The notes under the pieces are model-generated. The model worked only from the letters and a program-made list of their open reading frames with translations, made no database searches and was not told where the DNA came from. Source: Lama glama (taxonomy: Eukaryota). Taken from it: a stretch of DNA of 64,000 nt. The stretch covers positions 15,812,001-15,876,000 of the forward strand of contig CM052818.1 in the NCBI GenBank assembly GCA_028534125.1, given 5' to 3'. Positions within the stretch are counted from its first letter, which is position 1; each line of letters begins with the position of its first letter. Shown here piece by piece: positions 36,661 through 51,689 of this stretch. The position numbers and the translations under genes are program-made.

Positions 36661-39600
36661 ATATAACACTTTCCATGCATTTTATATCCACACAGATCAA
36701 TTTTTATCTGTGATCAAATTATCAAAGGGTCATGTCATGTGAAATATTGGTAATTCATACTATAGCTGACTGATCAACTTGGATTCTAATAATTTTTCAA
36801 ATTTGGCAATCACCACTTTACATGATCTCTTTTAAACAATTACCTCACACATAAAACCATAGAAACAGAGCTTCTCACCTGCTCATTCTAAGTGGCTAGG
36901 GAGACATATTCACTGGAAAATAAATGGTTCTAGTTCTCAGTGTAAATGTCTCAGCAAAAGGAATTTTTTGCTCATACTAGACTACTCTATTTTTGGTTAT
37001 TCTGTCTACATTGATTGGCCCCTGACATCAGCTGATGTTGCAAATGGTGGCAGCAACCAATCTTAGACTTTCCCTACTGCCTGTGATCAAACCAGTGAGC
37101 TAACTTCACAACTCCATTATTTGGTAGCAGAAGGCAAAACAGTAATCACAGACTTGGAGTAAACAGTAAACATTTGGCCCAGGGAATCAAAGGTAAGTGG
37201 TTCCTTCCATCCCATAAAAATTAAAACACTGATTCAAACAAATCAATTATGGAAGTTGTCAGGGTCAGGTCTTCACATCTGTATGTTATCTCAAGAAAGT
37301 AACACCTGTCTTGACTCTATCCCAAGGCTCAGAAGCCAGACCTTGACTACTAGCTGGAGTGGCAGAAAGGAACGAATGCCAGTTTTCCCCCTTGCAATCT
37401 CATGACACAACTATAAACCAGTCCCTAAAGCAGTCCCTATCTTTGTTGTTTAATATATTATTTCCTTTGTTATACTACCTTTTTGAATTGAAAGCAATGA
37501 AGCTCCTCTTTTTTTTTCAGTAGAGAGTGTTTGGCGTAATTACTTTTGATTTTGGTAGCTCAAAAGGAAGGGAGGGGATTGGTTAGTTACTAATACCAGA
37601 ATGAAATTTCTTAGTGGTTGCCTCATGACATTTAATTACCTATTATACCATAGAAAGATCTTCTGTTTTGTGGTGTACTACCAAGGCAGAACAATAGGGT
37701 TCTAACTATGAACTAACCTCTGTCCATGCACTGAGGAGAAATATTCTTAGAACATTTTTTCCTATTGCACAAAAAAGCAGGAGGTCTCTTCCACTTAACA
37801 GAAGTGGGTTTTACCTTTGAGGATCATATTTTTATCAGCTCCTGGTGTTTTTCAGGGTACTGGACCATTCCCATCAACTCAATGTTGCAAAGATGTTTTG
37901 ACTCCATCCTTAACCTATGCCTTCCTCCTATGGAATCTGCCAGGCCTCACCCACATTGATGCTGCTTGCATAGTCAACAACTCTCCAAGCTGGCTAGACC
38001 TTTCTGCCCATTTCCTTGTCTTCCCTTCTGTCTATAGTTAGTACAGACAAAGGGACAGTGCTAAAAGTGGGGGACAGTATTAGAAGTGGAGTTCACTCCC
38101 TTAAACCTAACCTGAATTCCTAATAATTTAGATGCTATGAATAAGTCTAATGATAACAAATAAAAGAAGTTAGGACTAAATATTCTAAGTTCACATTAGG
38201 GGAAAATTCTGAATACATTGTGGCTTTGGTTATGTAACTTTTCTGTCTAAACTCCTTATTTATCTATGAGATATTAACAATCACTCAAACTCTTCCTGAA
38301 TCATTAAATTCACAACATGCTTCAAAATTCTTCTGCAATACTTGGGAAGAGGTTTTAATATGGAAGTCAAATTCATAAAATAAAAATGTTACTATTTAGC
38401 CACTACCTATTGTACTGAAGATGACAACTACGTGGCAGTATATTGTATATCGATTTCTTAGATGAAAGAACTGAGTACTTCCACCTTAAGATGTTAGCAG
38501 TCTTAAAATACTAAAGCTGTTTTTCACACTCTGCAATTGTTCGGAATGCATTTTTCACACAACTGGCAATCATATCCCTGCTGCATGAGCAAATCTAAAC
38601 CCCAAATGTCAGGAGAGCAGGTGAGACCACCTCTACTAAGGCAAACAGGAGATTTTCATTAAAAAAAATACACTTCTTTCTTTCTTATGAACCATTCTTG
38701 AAACTAGATTCACAGCCTATAAAGGAGTTTGGCTAATGATCATATACCTCTCCTGCCCGCTCAGTTGTCTATCTCTCTTCTGTTAAAGCTATAGAGTCAG
38801 TCCTTGTTAGTTCCTTTTTGTCCTATAAACCGATCCTATTGTGGTTCAGAAAGTAAAAAGGTGAAAATAATTTATTGGACTAGTTGAGCAAGTGATTCCT
38901 CAGGGATTCGCCCCTGACCTTTTCAAGGGGAATATTTCCATAAATAAATCACGGCTTTTTTTTTTTTCCACGAAGATAGCTAATCCAAACTTTAAAGACA
39001 TCTGAAAACTACAATCACTTTACTGTTTTTTTTTGCTTTCATGATTTAGACTGAATGTCATTGTGCACTCAAGCTTACTGGGTAATTGAGCAAATATGTG
39101 CTTTATTTGATGATATAGTCATGGCTCTTTAAATATCAATGACCACGGTTTTAAAGTATAAAATAATAGTTTGCAAATATGTAGTCATTATGAACAAGAC
39201 ACAGTACTATAAATATCCATCATTTTGAAATTTATGGGTTTAAACATTATTAACTTAGAATAAATTGTGTCTTTTAAAAAAATTACAATTATGTAATTAT
39301 GAATCTTAGACATCCCTTGGAAAGCAAAGTACTTTACTGACAGTATAGACTTTTAAAATTCCTTTCTTGTTTGGTGGGAAGAGTAGCTATTTTAAAAATA
39401 ATTGCTTTAATTTTTCCATGAAGTTTCTATTTGGGATTTTCTGGTAATCATGCCACATTCTATCATAGTCTCTTTATATTTCATTATGTTTCATATCTTT
39501 GTCATTTGTATAATTAAGGAATTGATTGGTCTTAGTAAAATACATGTGGCTTTTTTGGTTGTTTGTTTGTTTTGTTTTGTGTGTAGGGGGTGGGTGGGAA

Positions 39601-40789
39601 TTGGTTTAGCTTATCAATTCTCACCTTATCATTAAGACTTTCTAGTGGGTTCTGCAATCACTCAGTGACTGGTGCTCAGTAAGTAATGTACCTCTGATCA
39701 TGAACCAATGAGAGAAAATAAAAGGGAAGCAAATTGGTATTGAATGGCTTCAGCTCTGTGTAAGGCAGTGGGATGGGAAATTTGACTTCTCATCACCAAC
39801 ACTCTCAAGATAATTGAACACTGACTATGGGAACTACCCTTAGACTTTAAATGCATTACATTATTTAATTTTTACAAGTACTCTTTAAGTAGCCTTTAAA
39901 ATCCCCACTTTGCATGTGAGAAACTTAAAGAATGGACAGGTCATTAAATGGCAGGGCAGTAATTTGAACAGAATCTGTATTTCCTCAACTGTGTTCTACA
40001 GAACAGAGACAAAGGAGATGAATCCTAGAATAATAAGTATGCACACAAAAATATGTATTGAATAAATTAACATTATCATGAGAACTTGCTTTTATTCAAA
40101 TTTAGCTAGCATTTATCATGCACGTTATTTTTTGATTGTTTTCACATATGATGATTCATTTAATTTGACAATACCTTCTTATATAAAATATTCTAAATTT
40201 ACCTATAAGAAAATCTGAAATACATAGAAAGTCAAGCAAATTTACCAAGGTGAAAAGGTAAGTAAATTAAAGAAAAGACACCTTTGATAAGTCTCATCTA
40301 GTGGTCACTCATCCTTTCAATACAGCACAGCTATTGCCCACCCCGCCACACACAAATTTCCTGAGAGTTTTGTACCATTGCATGTATCAAAAATGAATTA
40401 ATTTTGTTGTACAAATAGGAGGTAGTATTTTTAGTATATCTAACAAAACTCCTGATATATTATTCCATTTTGAATTCTGGCTATTGAAAAAGTTTGGACA
40501 CCTAGTTCTTCATCAACGATTCCCTCATCTTAAAAGTCCAACAGAAAGTAATGTATTATTTGATAATCAATTAAAATAGACTTTGCTTTTTTTAAAATTG
40601 TACAGAATAGAAAACAGGTTACATCGTTATCTCCTTAGATTACTATGTTGTCCAATATATTCAGTCCTCTCAGGTAATGGTATAATAAAAACTATTTATT
40701 TTTGGCCTGTATTGGCTTGTGATAAACATTTTAAAATTTTTTTTAAAACTTGAAGATTGGTTGGTTTACAATATTGTGTTAGTTTTTTT

Positions 40790-41320
40790 TAATACTTGAT
40801 GCTGGTGATGGTATGGGAAAGTGAGCACTATTTCATACTGAAGCTGAAGATATAAATTGGTATTGTGCTTCTGTAATGCAGTTTGAATAATATGTATCCA
40901 AATTTAATATAGTTATGTTCTCTTATCAAGAAACTCCATTTAAAATCTGTCCTATTGAAATAATGATATATACCTATAAGGATATTTAACATAATGTTGT
41001 TTATAGTGTAATTACTCTGAAACAATATAAATACCTTAAAAATAAAGGTTTTGTTAAATATGTTACAGTAGACGTATACAATATTCATTATGATAATGTG
41101 CTAGATCAATATTTATTTATGATGAAAGAGGTTTATGATACAGTACTGAAGGAATAAATCACAAAATAGTGTACATTCATTCATCTTTTACATATACATA
41201 ACTATAGAAAAAAAACTGTAAAACATTCACCAAAATGTTGACATTTGTTAGCTCTGGTAGTGATATAACAATTTATCCTAATTTTATTTTTCACACTTTT
41301 TTGTATAATGTTTTTGCAAT
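40790..41320 (+). mobile_element. L1ME-type 3' fragment
   Basis: gctggtgatggtatgggaaagtgagcact..tataaattggta..accaaaatgttgaca..tctggtagtgat. Confidence 0.6.
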
Positions 41321-41329
41321 AAGAATATA

Positions 41330-41884
41330 CAGGTCTACACTCCCTTTTTCAAAACGAGTACAGCCAAGTATATTTTGGAATTGAGAAATTTTGAATTCAG
41401 GGATGTTTATGTGGTATGTATATTTTATATTAAGATATTCCTGTCAGTGGGGCTGAGAAAGCCTCCTGTAATCAAACACATTAATACTCTGCAGGAAAAT
41501 ACTGTGCATATTCACAGTAAGTGGAACTAGTACAGCTTTATGTCAGTTTAGGTCAGGTCAACTTTTGTCACAAAATGAGTTCCTATATATAAAACTGATA
41601 AACAGCAAGGTCCTAATGTAGAGCACAGAGAACTATATCCAATATCTTGTAATAATCTATAATGGAAAAGAATATTAAAAATAATATATATTTATGGTCT
41701 GTATCACTTTGCGGTACTCCTGAAACTAACACGTTGTAAATCAACTATGCTTCAATAAAAAGCACATCTTTTTACAGTAAAAAAAAAATGAATTGTAAAA
41801 TCTTTGTTTTCACAGCTTGCTTTCTTTCTCTCTTTCTCTTTCTTTCTTTCTATGGGCAATTTCAGATAAGGAATTGTTTACCAG
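41330..41884. mobile_element. MER96B-like non-autonomous DNA transposon, interrupted by an L1 3' end
   Basis: Degenerate terminal inverted repeats CAGGTCTACACTCCCTT / AAGGAATTGTTTACCAG, each flanked by TA. Confidence 0.6.
41582..41784 (+). mobile_element. Short artiodactyl-type L1 3' terminus
   Basis: ataaacagcaaggtcctaatgtagagcacagagaactatatccaatatcttgtaataatctataatggaaaagaat..tgtaaatcaactatgcttcaataaaa. TSD aaaatgagtt (41572-41581) / aaaatgaatt (41785-41794). Confidence 0.88.
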
Positions 41885-43409
41885 TATTAATTTTATACTC
41901 AGAGATGAATACATTGTAAAAATACAGTTAGAGAAAGAAGTGGACCCTATCTCCCTAAGTCTGAACAATTATAGTGCTTCTTTTGATGGTGTTGACATGC
42001 TAGTTGATAGGCAGGTGAGTACATGAAAATGAATTCCTCTTAGGAGGCTTTTTTTTTTTTAACCTGTACCTGCAGGATGTAAAAGTGATATAAAAGCTTT
42101 TAGTTTCTAGTGAAATATTAGTTAAGGCAAGTTAAATCACCTCTTGACAGCTGTCTTATATTGGTTTGAAATGGAGGGAGAGAGGGTGTTAATTAAGCAC
42201 GGGCTATTAAAAAGGAGACGGTATGAGTGATTTCAGAAAACTTTCTTCTGCAACTGATATGTCAACAAACTGTCTCCTGGGAAGAAAGCAGTTTTGCAGG
42301 CTTTTCCCCAGTCTAACAGCACGCTAAGCTAGGTGGGGGGTTAATAAGCAACATCTGACAGCGGCAAAAATACCCTGCCACACAGCCTACCGTTCATTTC
42401 AAGATCGCTGAGCATCTGTGTTTCACTGGGATCATTTTAGTAATCTTCTTTTCAAAACAGGCCTAGGCCTATAAACAGAAATCCCTTTTTCACATTTAGG
42501 AAGATAGGTTGGTTTGAGTATCACCAGCTTCATGTTCCTAAGTGGTTACTCGGTCTAAAATCACCCCTCAATATTTTGGAAACAAAACTGAACGAAATGT
42601 TTCTCTTTGTTTTGTTGCTTCACTACTTTAAGATGTTTCTTTCCACAGACTTTAACCTTTTGAGGTTTCTTGTGGAATTGATGGAATAAAACAAAAAATA
42701 CAAAAAATATCAAGGTCACCTAAAATTTCCACTCAAAATTATTGTGTGTATCCATTTATTCTGTGATATTTGTGTGTGTGTACCTAACAGTTAGATGTAT
42801 GTATATACACTGCTCTAAACCCAATGAATACATTAACACATTCAGTCTTCCCAATAGTCCCATAAAATTGGTATTATTATCATACCTACTTTATAAATGA
42901 TGAACATATATTGGGGTCTGCTATATATATAGCTATACACAGTATTTAACAATCTTTCCTTACACTTAAGACTATGGTCTCTTCAATTTTATATATTAAT
43001 TACTTTTTTGAAAACTCCATTTGTTTTGTATAGCTGCATAGTACTCCATAGTATTCATGTACCATAATTTAACAAATCCACAGTTACTATACAGTATAGT
43101 TATGTTCAAATTTTCCCTTTAATACATGATGCAATAAATAATTGATGTATACTAATATGTCTATAAGTATCTAAATATTCCCTTCTGAAAAATTCCTGGA
43201 AGTAAAATTATTGGTCTACCTATGATAAACATGCTTAAGGGGATGGAGACAGAGTGCAAATTCTACAAACAGGCAGTATGCATTTAAATCCAAGCAGCTC
43301 CATTTACTAACCTAGTATGATGTACTAAGTTATTTCAATTTTTCAATGATTGAAATGGATAAACCTCTTAGGATTCTATATAAAATTAAAGGAGATAATA
43401 CATCAAAAA

Positions 43410-43822
43410 CATTTACAAACAGGTGAATGTGTAAACAAAATGGAGTAAATCCATACCGTGGGATATTATATAGGCACACAGAGGAATGAAGTACTGGTAC
43501 ACGCTACAAATGGGTCAACCTTGAAGACATCATGCTAAGTGAAAGAAGCCTATCACAAAGGACTGTATAGTACATGATTCCAATTCCGAGGTCCAGAATA
43601 GGGAAATTTATAGAGACAGGAAGTAGATTAGTGGTTATTTAAGTCTTTGGGGTGGGAACCACAGATGTGAGGATATAGGTAAAAGATACTAGACGTGATG
43701 AAAGTGTTCTGAAACTGTGGTGATGGTTGCACATATCTCTGAATATACTAAAAACTAGTTGTATGCTTTAAGTGGGTGAATTGTATGGAATGTGATTTAT
43801 ATCTCTATATAGTTGTTAAAAA
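43410..43822 (+). mobile_element. L1MB-type 3' end
   Basis: caggtgaatgtgtaaacaaaatg..aaccttgaagacatcatgctaagtgaaagaagcc..gtggtgatggttgcaca..gggtgaattgtatgg. Confidence 0.85.
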
Positions 43823-44148
43823 ATTTAGCCCATGGCTACTTTCTCACACCTTTTTAAATTATATACCTTTTCATTTAAAAATATCTTTGCTGACTGTACA
43901 GGAAATTTTATTTCAATGTAAGACTTTGTTATTGATCAGTTTAAATGTTTTATGTGTTATTAACCATTTGTATTTTCTTTCTCTGACTTTTTTGTTTATC
44001 CATTTTCTATAATTTTGATTGACTCATGAAAGCTCAATACTTTGCGGTATTAACCCATTTTCCATGACATATGTTGGAAATAATTTCTGCATACTGGTAT
44101 TTGCTTTTTAGTTTTTATGGATAATTTTTTAAATTATAGAAGTTAATA

Positions 44149-44599
44149 TGGGTATGCTCAGAGATACCGTGGATTCAGTCCCAGACTATTGCAATAAAGT
44201 AAGTCACAAAAATTTCTGGTTTCCCAGTGCATATAAAAATTATGTTTATATTGTACTGTAGTCCATTGAGTGTGCAATAGCATTATGTCCAAAAAACAAT
44301 GTACATACTTTAATTAAAAATACATTACTGCTGAAAAATGCTGGCCATCATCTGAGCTTTCAGTAAGTCTTAGTAGTATCATCAAAAATCACTGATCACA
44401 GATCACCATAACAAATATAATAATAATAAAAAAGTTTGAAATATTGCAAGAATTACCAACTATGACACAGAGGCACAAAACGAACAAATACTGTTGGAAA
44501 GATGGCGCCAACAGAATTGCTCAGTGCAGGGTTCCCCCAAACCTTCCATTTGTAAAATGCACAATATCGGTGAAGCACAATAAAATGAGGTATGCCCTG
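44149..44599 (-). mobile_element. Internally deleted Tigger1 derivative (Tigger1a-like, TcMar-Tigger)
   Basis: Both Tigger1 termini (..caataaaatgaggtatgccctg at right; gggtatgctcagagataccgtggattcagtcccagac at left) are joined without the transposase, with TA flanks. Confidence 0.85.
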
Positions 44600-46497
44600 T
44601 ACAGTGTAATTTTTGTTTTTTAAAATGATTTTCCCTTTGTTTCTTGCTTAACAATTTGTCTATCTTTATATCAAGTAAGATATATCTACATTTTCTTCTA
44701 AATATGTAACCCAACAATCTGATCTGGCATTTCGTTTTGATGATGATATAAAGGGGGGACTTCTGTATTTATCAAATCTCACTTGACATCTACCTCAGCA
44801 AAAATGTACCTGCAAATTTTATGGAAAAGGAAATAATTAGCTCCTCTGGATTTGTTTCATAATTTTTCTTTGGTTGTTGACCATCAAATTTTTTTTCCAA
44901 AGCCTTCCCTCTATAGTGAAGATGTTGACACTTCTTGATTAATACCTGTGTAATAAATGCACACAAGTATGAGGCAACACCTGTTATTTTGAGTTGCTCT
45001 ATTCAATACTAATCTTGACATTCAAATTAACTTTTAACAAGGTTCATGCTCTTTAATCACAGATTCTCCTTTTATAACTCAGGTGCCATTCAAAGTGGCA
45101 CCCAAAGCCTTAAGTAGTATTTAAATCTCTTGAACAATTAACTATTTGACATGTCATCTTTTTGAAAATCTGATGGAGGTTCATCTACACTTTGGCCAAT
45201 ATCTTTATGAATTTTGTAAGCCTTATGTTTTCATGTTACTCTGACACTATTAAGAGTATCTTTTTTACTCTAGAGGGATGTCATATCTCTACTGTTGGTA
45301 TGAAAAGAAAAGAAAACACTGGTCTCAATCTCAATCATTAGCGTAATTTGAATGAAGGCTCTGCTCATTTTAGTGACTATTATAGAGGGCTTAATGTTGA
45401 CTGTTTCATTTCATTTGGCATTTTATCAGATGCTTTTAAGGTAACTAATACTTCTAATCCAGTTTAGCAGGTGAAGAATAGGGTAGAGATTAAATACTTT
45501 GCCCAAGGTCATATAGGCAAAAATTGGTATTCAAATACTGTGGTTTTACTTTTGCATTTGTCTTTTTTTAAGTATAACACTTACTGCCTCTCAACAATTC
45601 CATGTGTTTATTTTATTCAATCCAAAAGAGAAATATATTTTGTCTGTTTCTAACATTCAAATTCATACTGAACAAAGTACCCACTTGTGAATTTTAAATA
45701 CTCAGAAAACAGTCTGCAGGGTACTTGTTTTTGTTGTTTTAATCTATAACCATATATTTTCTGAAAGGATTTTGGTGACCATTTTTCCTGTAGAAATCCT
45801 AATGAATTCTAATATCCCAGTTATCTAAAGTAAATTGGCAATAAACTGTAGATATGTCAATCACTTTTATTCCTGGATGGAAACTTGGCTATCTGTCTAC
45901 AGATAGTACTTGGACTTAGTGTTGCAAATCTGTAGCCTTGTAGGTGCTCTAAAAGTTATGATAAAACAAATCAACTGAGCATCTACAAAAATAACTATTC
46001 TTCTTAATTTTTTTTTGTTGTTGTTGTTGTTCGTTTATTTTTAAAAAGAACATTGGGAGGAAAAGTCTCTGAATCATCTTATGAGAAATACACCATGTCT
46101 GATTCTGTTAGGCTGGAATAAAAAAATCCATGTTAAAATTCCCTCAAAAAGTCATGTTAATTCCATATCGTAACAGAGATCTAGTCACTAGAATATACCA
46201 AACTGCTCATGCAATTTTTCAGTTTTCTTCTCCATTCTGTCTTCATGATGCTGAATATCTTAATTTCTAGAACAATCTGGGTAACTGATAAAATTATTTT
46301 GATTTTTTAATCCCAGGGATCAAGACATCCCAGGTATTTTGGTATTAATTAAAGATAATGTGAATAAACTGTAACTGTCAATTTGAAGAGTGTCTGATTT
46401 CAGTGATGTAGTTAGTTGACTTCTGAGTTTGATGTTGTTTTCCCATGAAATTAAAACATGTGGAAGAAATGGACATTTACTCTGATAAAATCAACTA

Positions 46498-47190
46498 CTT
46501 TTTAAAAACAGCATTATGGAACATAATTTACATACCACACAATTCACCCAATTAAAATGTGCAATGCAGTGGTTTTTCATATATTCAAAGCAGTGCAACC
46601 ATCACTACAATCAGTTCAGGGACATTTTTACCATCCTCAAAAGAAATTCTATACCCGTTAGCAATCATTTCCTATTTTCCCTTAAGCCCTCCAAATCTGG
46701 GCAACCATTAATTTATTTTCTGTCTCTTAATAGAATTTTTGAATATTCCAGATATTTCATATAAATGGATTCATACATTATGTGTTCTTTTGTGACTGAA
46801 TTTTTTCACTTAGAAAAATGTTTTAAAAATTCATATTGTAGCAAGTATCAATACCTCATCCTTTTTATTGCTGGATAATATTCCATTGTATGGATATACC
46901 ACATTACTTGATGGATAGTAGGATTGTTTTCACTTTTTTGGCTATTATGAATAATGCTGCTGTGAACATTTGTATATAAGACTTTGTATAAATATATTTT
47001 CATTTCTTTTGAGTATATACCTAAGAATGGAATTATTGAGTCCCCTGGTAATTCTGTTTTACATTTAGAGGAGCTCCTAAATTATGTTTTAAGGCAGCTG
47101 TACTATATTATGTTGCAGTATAAGAGAGTTCAGATTTCTCCACATCTTTGCCAACAGCTATTATTACCTGTTATTTTGATCAAGTCATTC
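46498..47190 (-). mobile_element. L1MB-type 3' end
   Basis: ataatttacataccacacaattcaccca..gtgcaaccatcactacaatc..aatattccattgtatggatataccaca..ggctattatgaataatgctgctgtgaacatt. Confidence 0.88.
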
Positions 47191-50100
47191 TATGGAGCCA
47201 GAGTAAGTTTTTAAAAATATTTAAAAATTTTTTCAAATTTTCAAAATTAATCATAATTTTTTAATATTAAAGAAATATTATTGGAAAGAAAAGTGATTTT
47301 TTCATTGATGTTATGAGCCAACTGCTTTTTAATATATTATTTTCTTTAGATTCAAAATGTGTAGATAGTTTTGGGGGTGTGAACAGATGTGGAGAATTAG
47401 TTGAGATTCAGAATCTGTGGTTTACATTCTAGAGTCTTCTCAGGAAAGTCTGGTTTCTTGATCTAAGAGGCATCTTTCCTCTCTGATCTGGTGTTCAGTT
47501 TGGGATAAAGTTAGCAAAGTGTTTATTTTTCTTCTATAAGCACATAAGATGAGTCAGCCACAGAACCTTTACAGAACACAATTTTTTCCCCTTTATTTCC
47601 TAACCTAAATGCTGTAAGAAAATATATGCCTTGATCCTGAGATATGGGTACTCTTTGGCGGACCTAAACTGATTAATTGGTTCCTTGGTTACATACTTCT
47701 ACTTATCACTTAAATCTATAGAACAGTATGTTCCTAGTAGAGCTGTTAACTGATTTTAATGTTTACATATTATATTATTAATGTCATTGGTTTTCATTCG
47801 ATTAATGCTCATGAACATGCAGGAATATGATGGTCCAGATTTGTAATATTGCTTTCTGTTTTATTTAATTATATGTGGATTTAACAATATTTATCAGGCT
47901 TTGGTAGTTCATGGGAAAGCTGTTCAGGTAACAACACGGCAGTAAGAGATCAAGCTTCAATTACTATTTAAAACAGGTTTCTGTTAGTTTCTGCAAACAT
48001 CCTAAATAGCCCTATAGAATACAGATTCCATCCATTAAAAGCAGTTGATTTAAGATATAATGAATCAATAATATAATTCAAAAATTTGTCCCATGATCCA
48101 TTTGAGGGCCACATCTTTTCAAGATCAGGCAGAAGTGACTGTGAAATGTTGCATTTATTGGTCTTACTGGAATGTCATGGCAAAATAAAATTATGGCATT
48201 TGCCAGCTTTGCTCTAAGGAAGATTTGCTTTTACAGAATCTTTTTTTTTCTGTCTATAACTGCCACATACCCTGTGAAAGAAACTGCTTCAGTGTCCTTG
48301 ACAGCAGAAAGCTGTTTGTGGTTATAGGCCAAGCTCAGTTTTACCATCACCTTTCCATGCAAAGCAAGTGTGGTGAAAGAGTGGAACTTTTATAAAAAGG
48401 GCCAGAATAGGAACTGAAAACATCATCAATATGCATCAAATACAGACCCCACCCCTACTCTGTGGTAATGGCTTTTAAATCATGTTTCCAGTGCTCGAGA
48501 GCCTCTCTAAGATGTTTTTGAAGCCCAGTGTGAGAAGGGACAACAGATGAACGTCAAGCCTCCCCATTCCTGCTCAGATTATTCTGGGCTTCTACATAAG
48601 AAAAAAGTTGTATGGCTTAATATTATTTGAATATTCTTATATAATCTTTCTGTAAAAAATAACTTTAGGAACATCAAAATAAGCCAAAGTCTTTCTCTTG
48701 CATTCCATTTTGTCATAGTCAAGGCAACCAACATTATGCAATCAAGAAGAAAGACATCAACTTGACAGACCACTAAAGTATAAGTATGTAATATTTATAT
48801 ATTTATATAAGAAAAATACCAGAGCAGTGTAGACCAAAAATGTTGTTTATATCTAAAATATGTGATTATCACCAACTATATTTTATTTCTCAAAATATTT
48901 TTAAATCTCTATATTGAAAAAACAAATTCATAATATGAGAAAAATATCAGAAGAAGAGTTCTCTACTAGCTACAAAGATTGAGAAGGTTGAGGTACTAAT
49001 TCTGAATATTCAACTAAGAATTTGCAATCTTGATCAAGTCATTGAATATCTGATTTTCAGACTCTCCACATAAAAAAGAGAAGACTGATCTAGACTAAGC
49101 AATTTGTAAGGGTCCCTCTGGATCTAAAATTGTAAAAACTATCATATTACAAAAAGCATCTGGATACATTTAGATTCAATTGCATCAAATATTTTGTTCT
49201 TCACATAAGCAGCACTTAGAAAGAGAGAATTATCAGCTCTCTCTAAAGAAGACAAGTTGTGTCCCTTACCTCTAGACTGTTGAACACGTATCACAAAATC
49301 AACATACATCTTTTAAAATAGACTTTTTATGGGCTCAGCAAATACTGTATATGTGGTGGTACAATGGAAATGTAAACTGAATTAATAAAAATTTAATAAT
49401 AAATTTGGATAGAAGTCCTACTGCCATATCAGTGAGGAACCATTCATGAAATAATTGTTTAAAATGGCATTTTGTACTATGATATAGATGAGAGACTAGG
49501 CTAGGATAGCATATGAGGTTATTGAGATCAATAAGTGGAAAAGGGAGCCAGAAACATACACTGGTATGCCCAAGGGCAGATGCCCACTGAGCCCGAGGAG
49601 TAAATCATGAAGAAAAAGACAAATGGGTACTATTTATGTTTGTTATCCCTATTATGTCTTGGTTTGAGAGCTAAAAGCTATAAAACCATAGCCCTCAGGG
49701 CAATAGAGCTTGCAAGAATCTACCAGAGATAATTTGCCTTCTATCAAGATATTAGAGAAAGAAGAATTCTGTCAGAGAAAGGAAAGCCCCTTCATAGAAT
49801 GGAAAAAACAAAACAAAACAAAACTCAACATTAGTCTTTCTTTAAACATTTCTCTTTCTCCTGTGGCTTCTTTTCTGGCTTCATTAATTTTTCCTTTGCT
49901 TGCTTTCCTCATAAACATGGCTTAGTCTTTCATAACTTTGTAGAATGACTTGGCTTCCCTGCTGCATTTCCTCAAGTACAAATGGTAGCCCTCTTAGTAA
50001 TCAACCTCTCCTTATTTATTGAGGTTTTTCAATGTTATCCCTGTCAAACACTTTATTAAAAGAATGTACAAGCTGAAATTAAGGATGCATCAAGGAAATT

Positions 50101-51689
50101 TCAGATACCGTGGGCCTGCTGACTTGCCACATTGTTTATGATGTTGAGGGCTGAAACTCAGAAAATGTCTATTGGAGTGGTTCAGTAGTTTGTGTTCCCG
50201 TAGAGCAGTAAACTGCCTTGTGCTTCATTACATGACCAACTTGATTATAGCAAAACTGTGTGCACTGTTTCTGTCAATTAAATCCTCATTTACTTTCTCA
50301 GGCACTAATTAAGAAGTCCTTATCATTCAGGTAAGGATGAATAATAGAAACAATTACTGTCAGATATAGATGTATTTAATAAGCTTGGACAAACCACCTG
50401 TCTGCTTTTGGTGACAACCTTTTACTTTCAGCTTCAGAGTCAGAGCTTAGATTTTCATGTGAGCGAAGGCTGGCATCCAGAGAGGAGAACTGCTGTTTCT
50501 GTCAAGCTCTGCCTTATCTAAGCAACTCTGTTGGCCCCATTCCTCTGCGTATCAGAGAGGACGACATAGAAACTATTGGAAATGTCATAAGGGAAGTGAA
50601 GTTTCTTGCAAGCTTAAGTACAAGAGCTGGCAAAAAAAAAAAAATCACACCAGATTTAGAGCAAATCAAGTACAATTTGTCAAGGTTTCCTCAGAAATAT
50701 GTCAAGCAACTAGATCGAACAGCTGGGTTGCTGGTGAATATCTCTACTTTTTAAATTGAGTTGATCATACTGTCTACACATGGTTCCTTCTGGTCCCTCA
50801 GGGTCTTCTTCAGATTCAAATAGACCTATGTCTTCCTTCAGGCTCACCTAGATTTTTTTCTTTCCTGACTGCTGAAAGACAAAATTGCTGCTGGCCATTG
50901 TTCAGCCTTCCATTATTATCTTTCTTGCCTTGACAGTCCAATAGGTTGAAAGAGAGTAAATTGGGCCAATCCAATCATTGTCAATTAGGACTGGACACAG
51001 TAAGTACAGAGTAAGAGAATTACCTCTGTAGTAAGACTATTGTTCATAATCTTATGCCATTTCCCTTCACTTAAAACAATTTTTGGCCTTAAAACATACT
51101 ACTACCTTGGAAACAATGTTCCACCAAAAAGTAAGGCTGGATAGAAAAACGCTCTGATTTCCAAGGAATATGACCCAACTGCGGGCTTTGAGTATACAGA
51201 AAACAATTCAAAAATTAACTGGCCAAGACTTATCTTTTAAATTACTTAACAGATTTTGTTGCTGTTGTTAAAAAATAGCATTGCCATATTTGCAATTTTC
51301 CAACTATAAAGAATGCCTTTAAACATACCTAAGATGTTTTCTCATATTGGTAGGAAAAGGGAGGGGTAAAATTTTTTTTGTTTTAAGAATGGAAACTTTT
51401 TACAAATATCTGAATGATAGTTCACATATAACTTTAGTGACAACCTTAAAGTGAGAAATTTTGAAAACATGTTTGTGGATATTTGATTATATACAGATAC
51501 TAAGAAAGAACATTATTGAAGGAGTATGCAAAGAAGATTGCTACGATATGCAATGGTGGACATATATGGAAAATTTTATGGAAAAATACGAGAGAGGAAG
51601 GGATCTTGTCTTCCTCTCCTCCTTTTCTTTTAATTCATACAGTTCTGTCTTAGTAAGTATCCCTTCTGAGAACAAAATACAGAGGCTGG

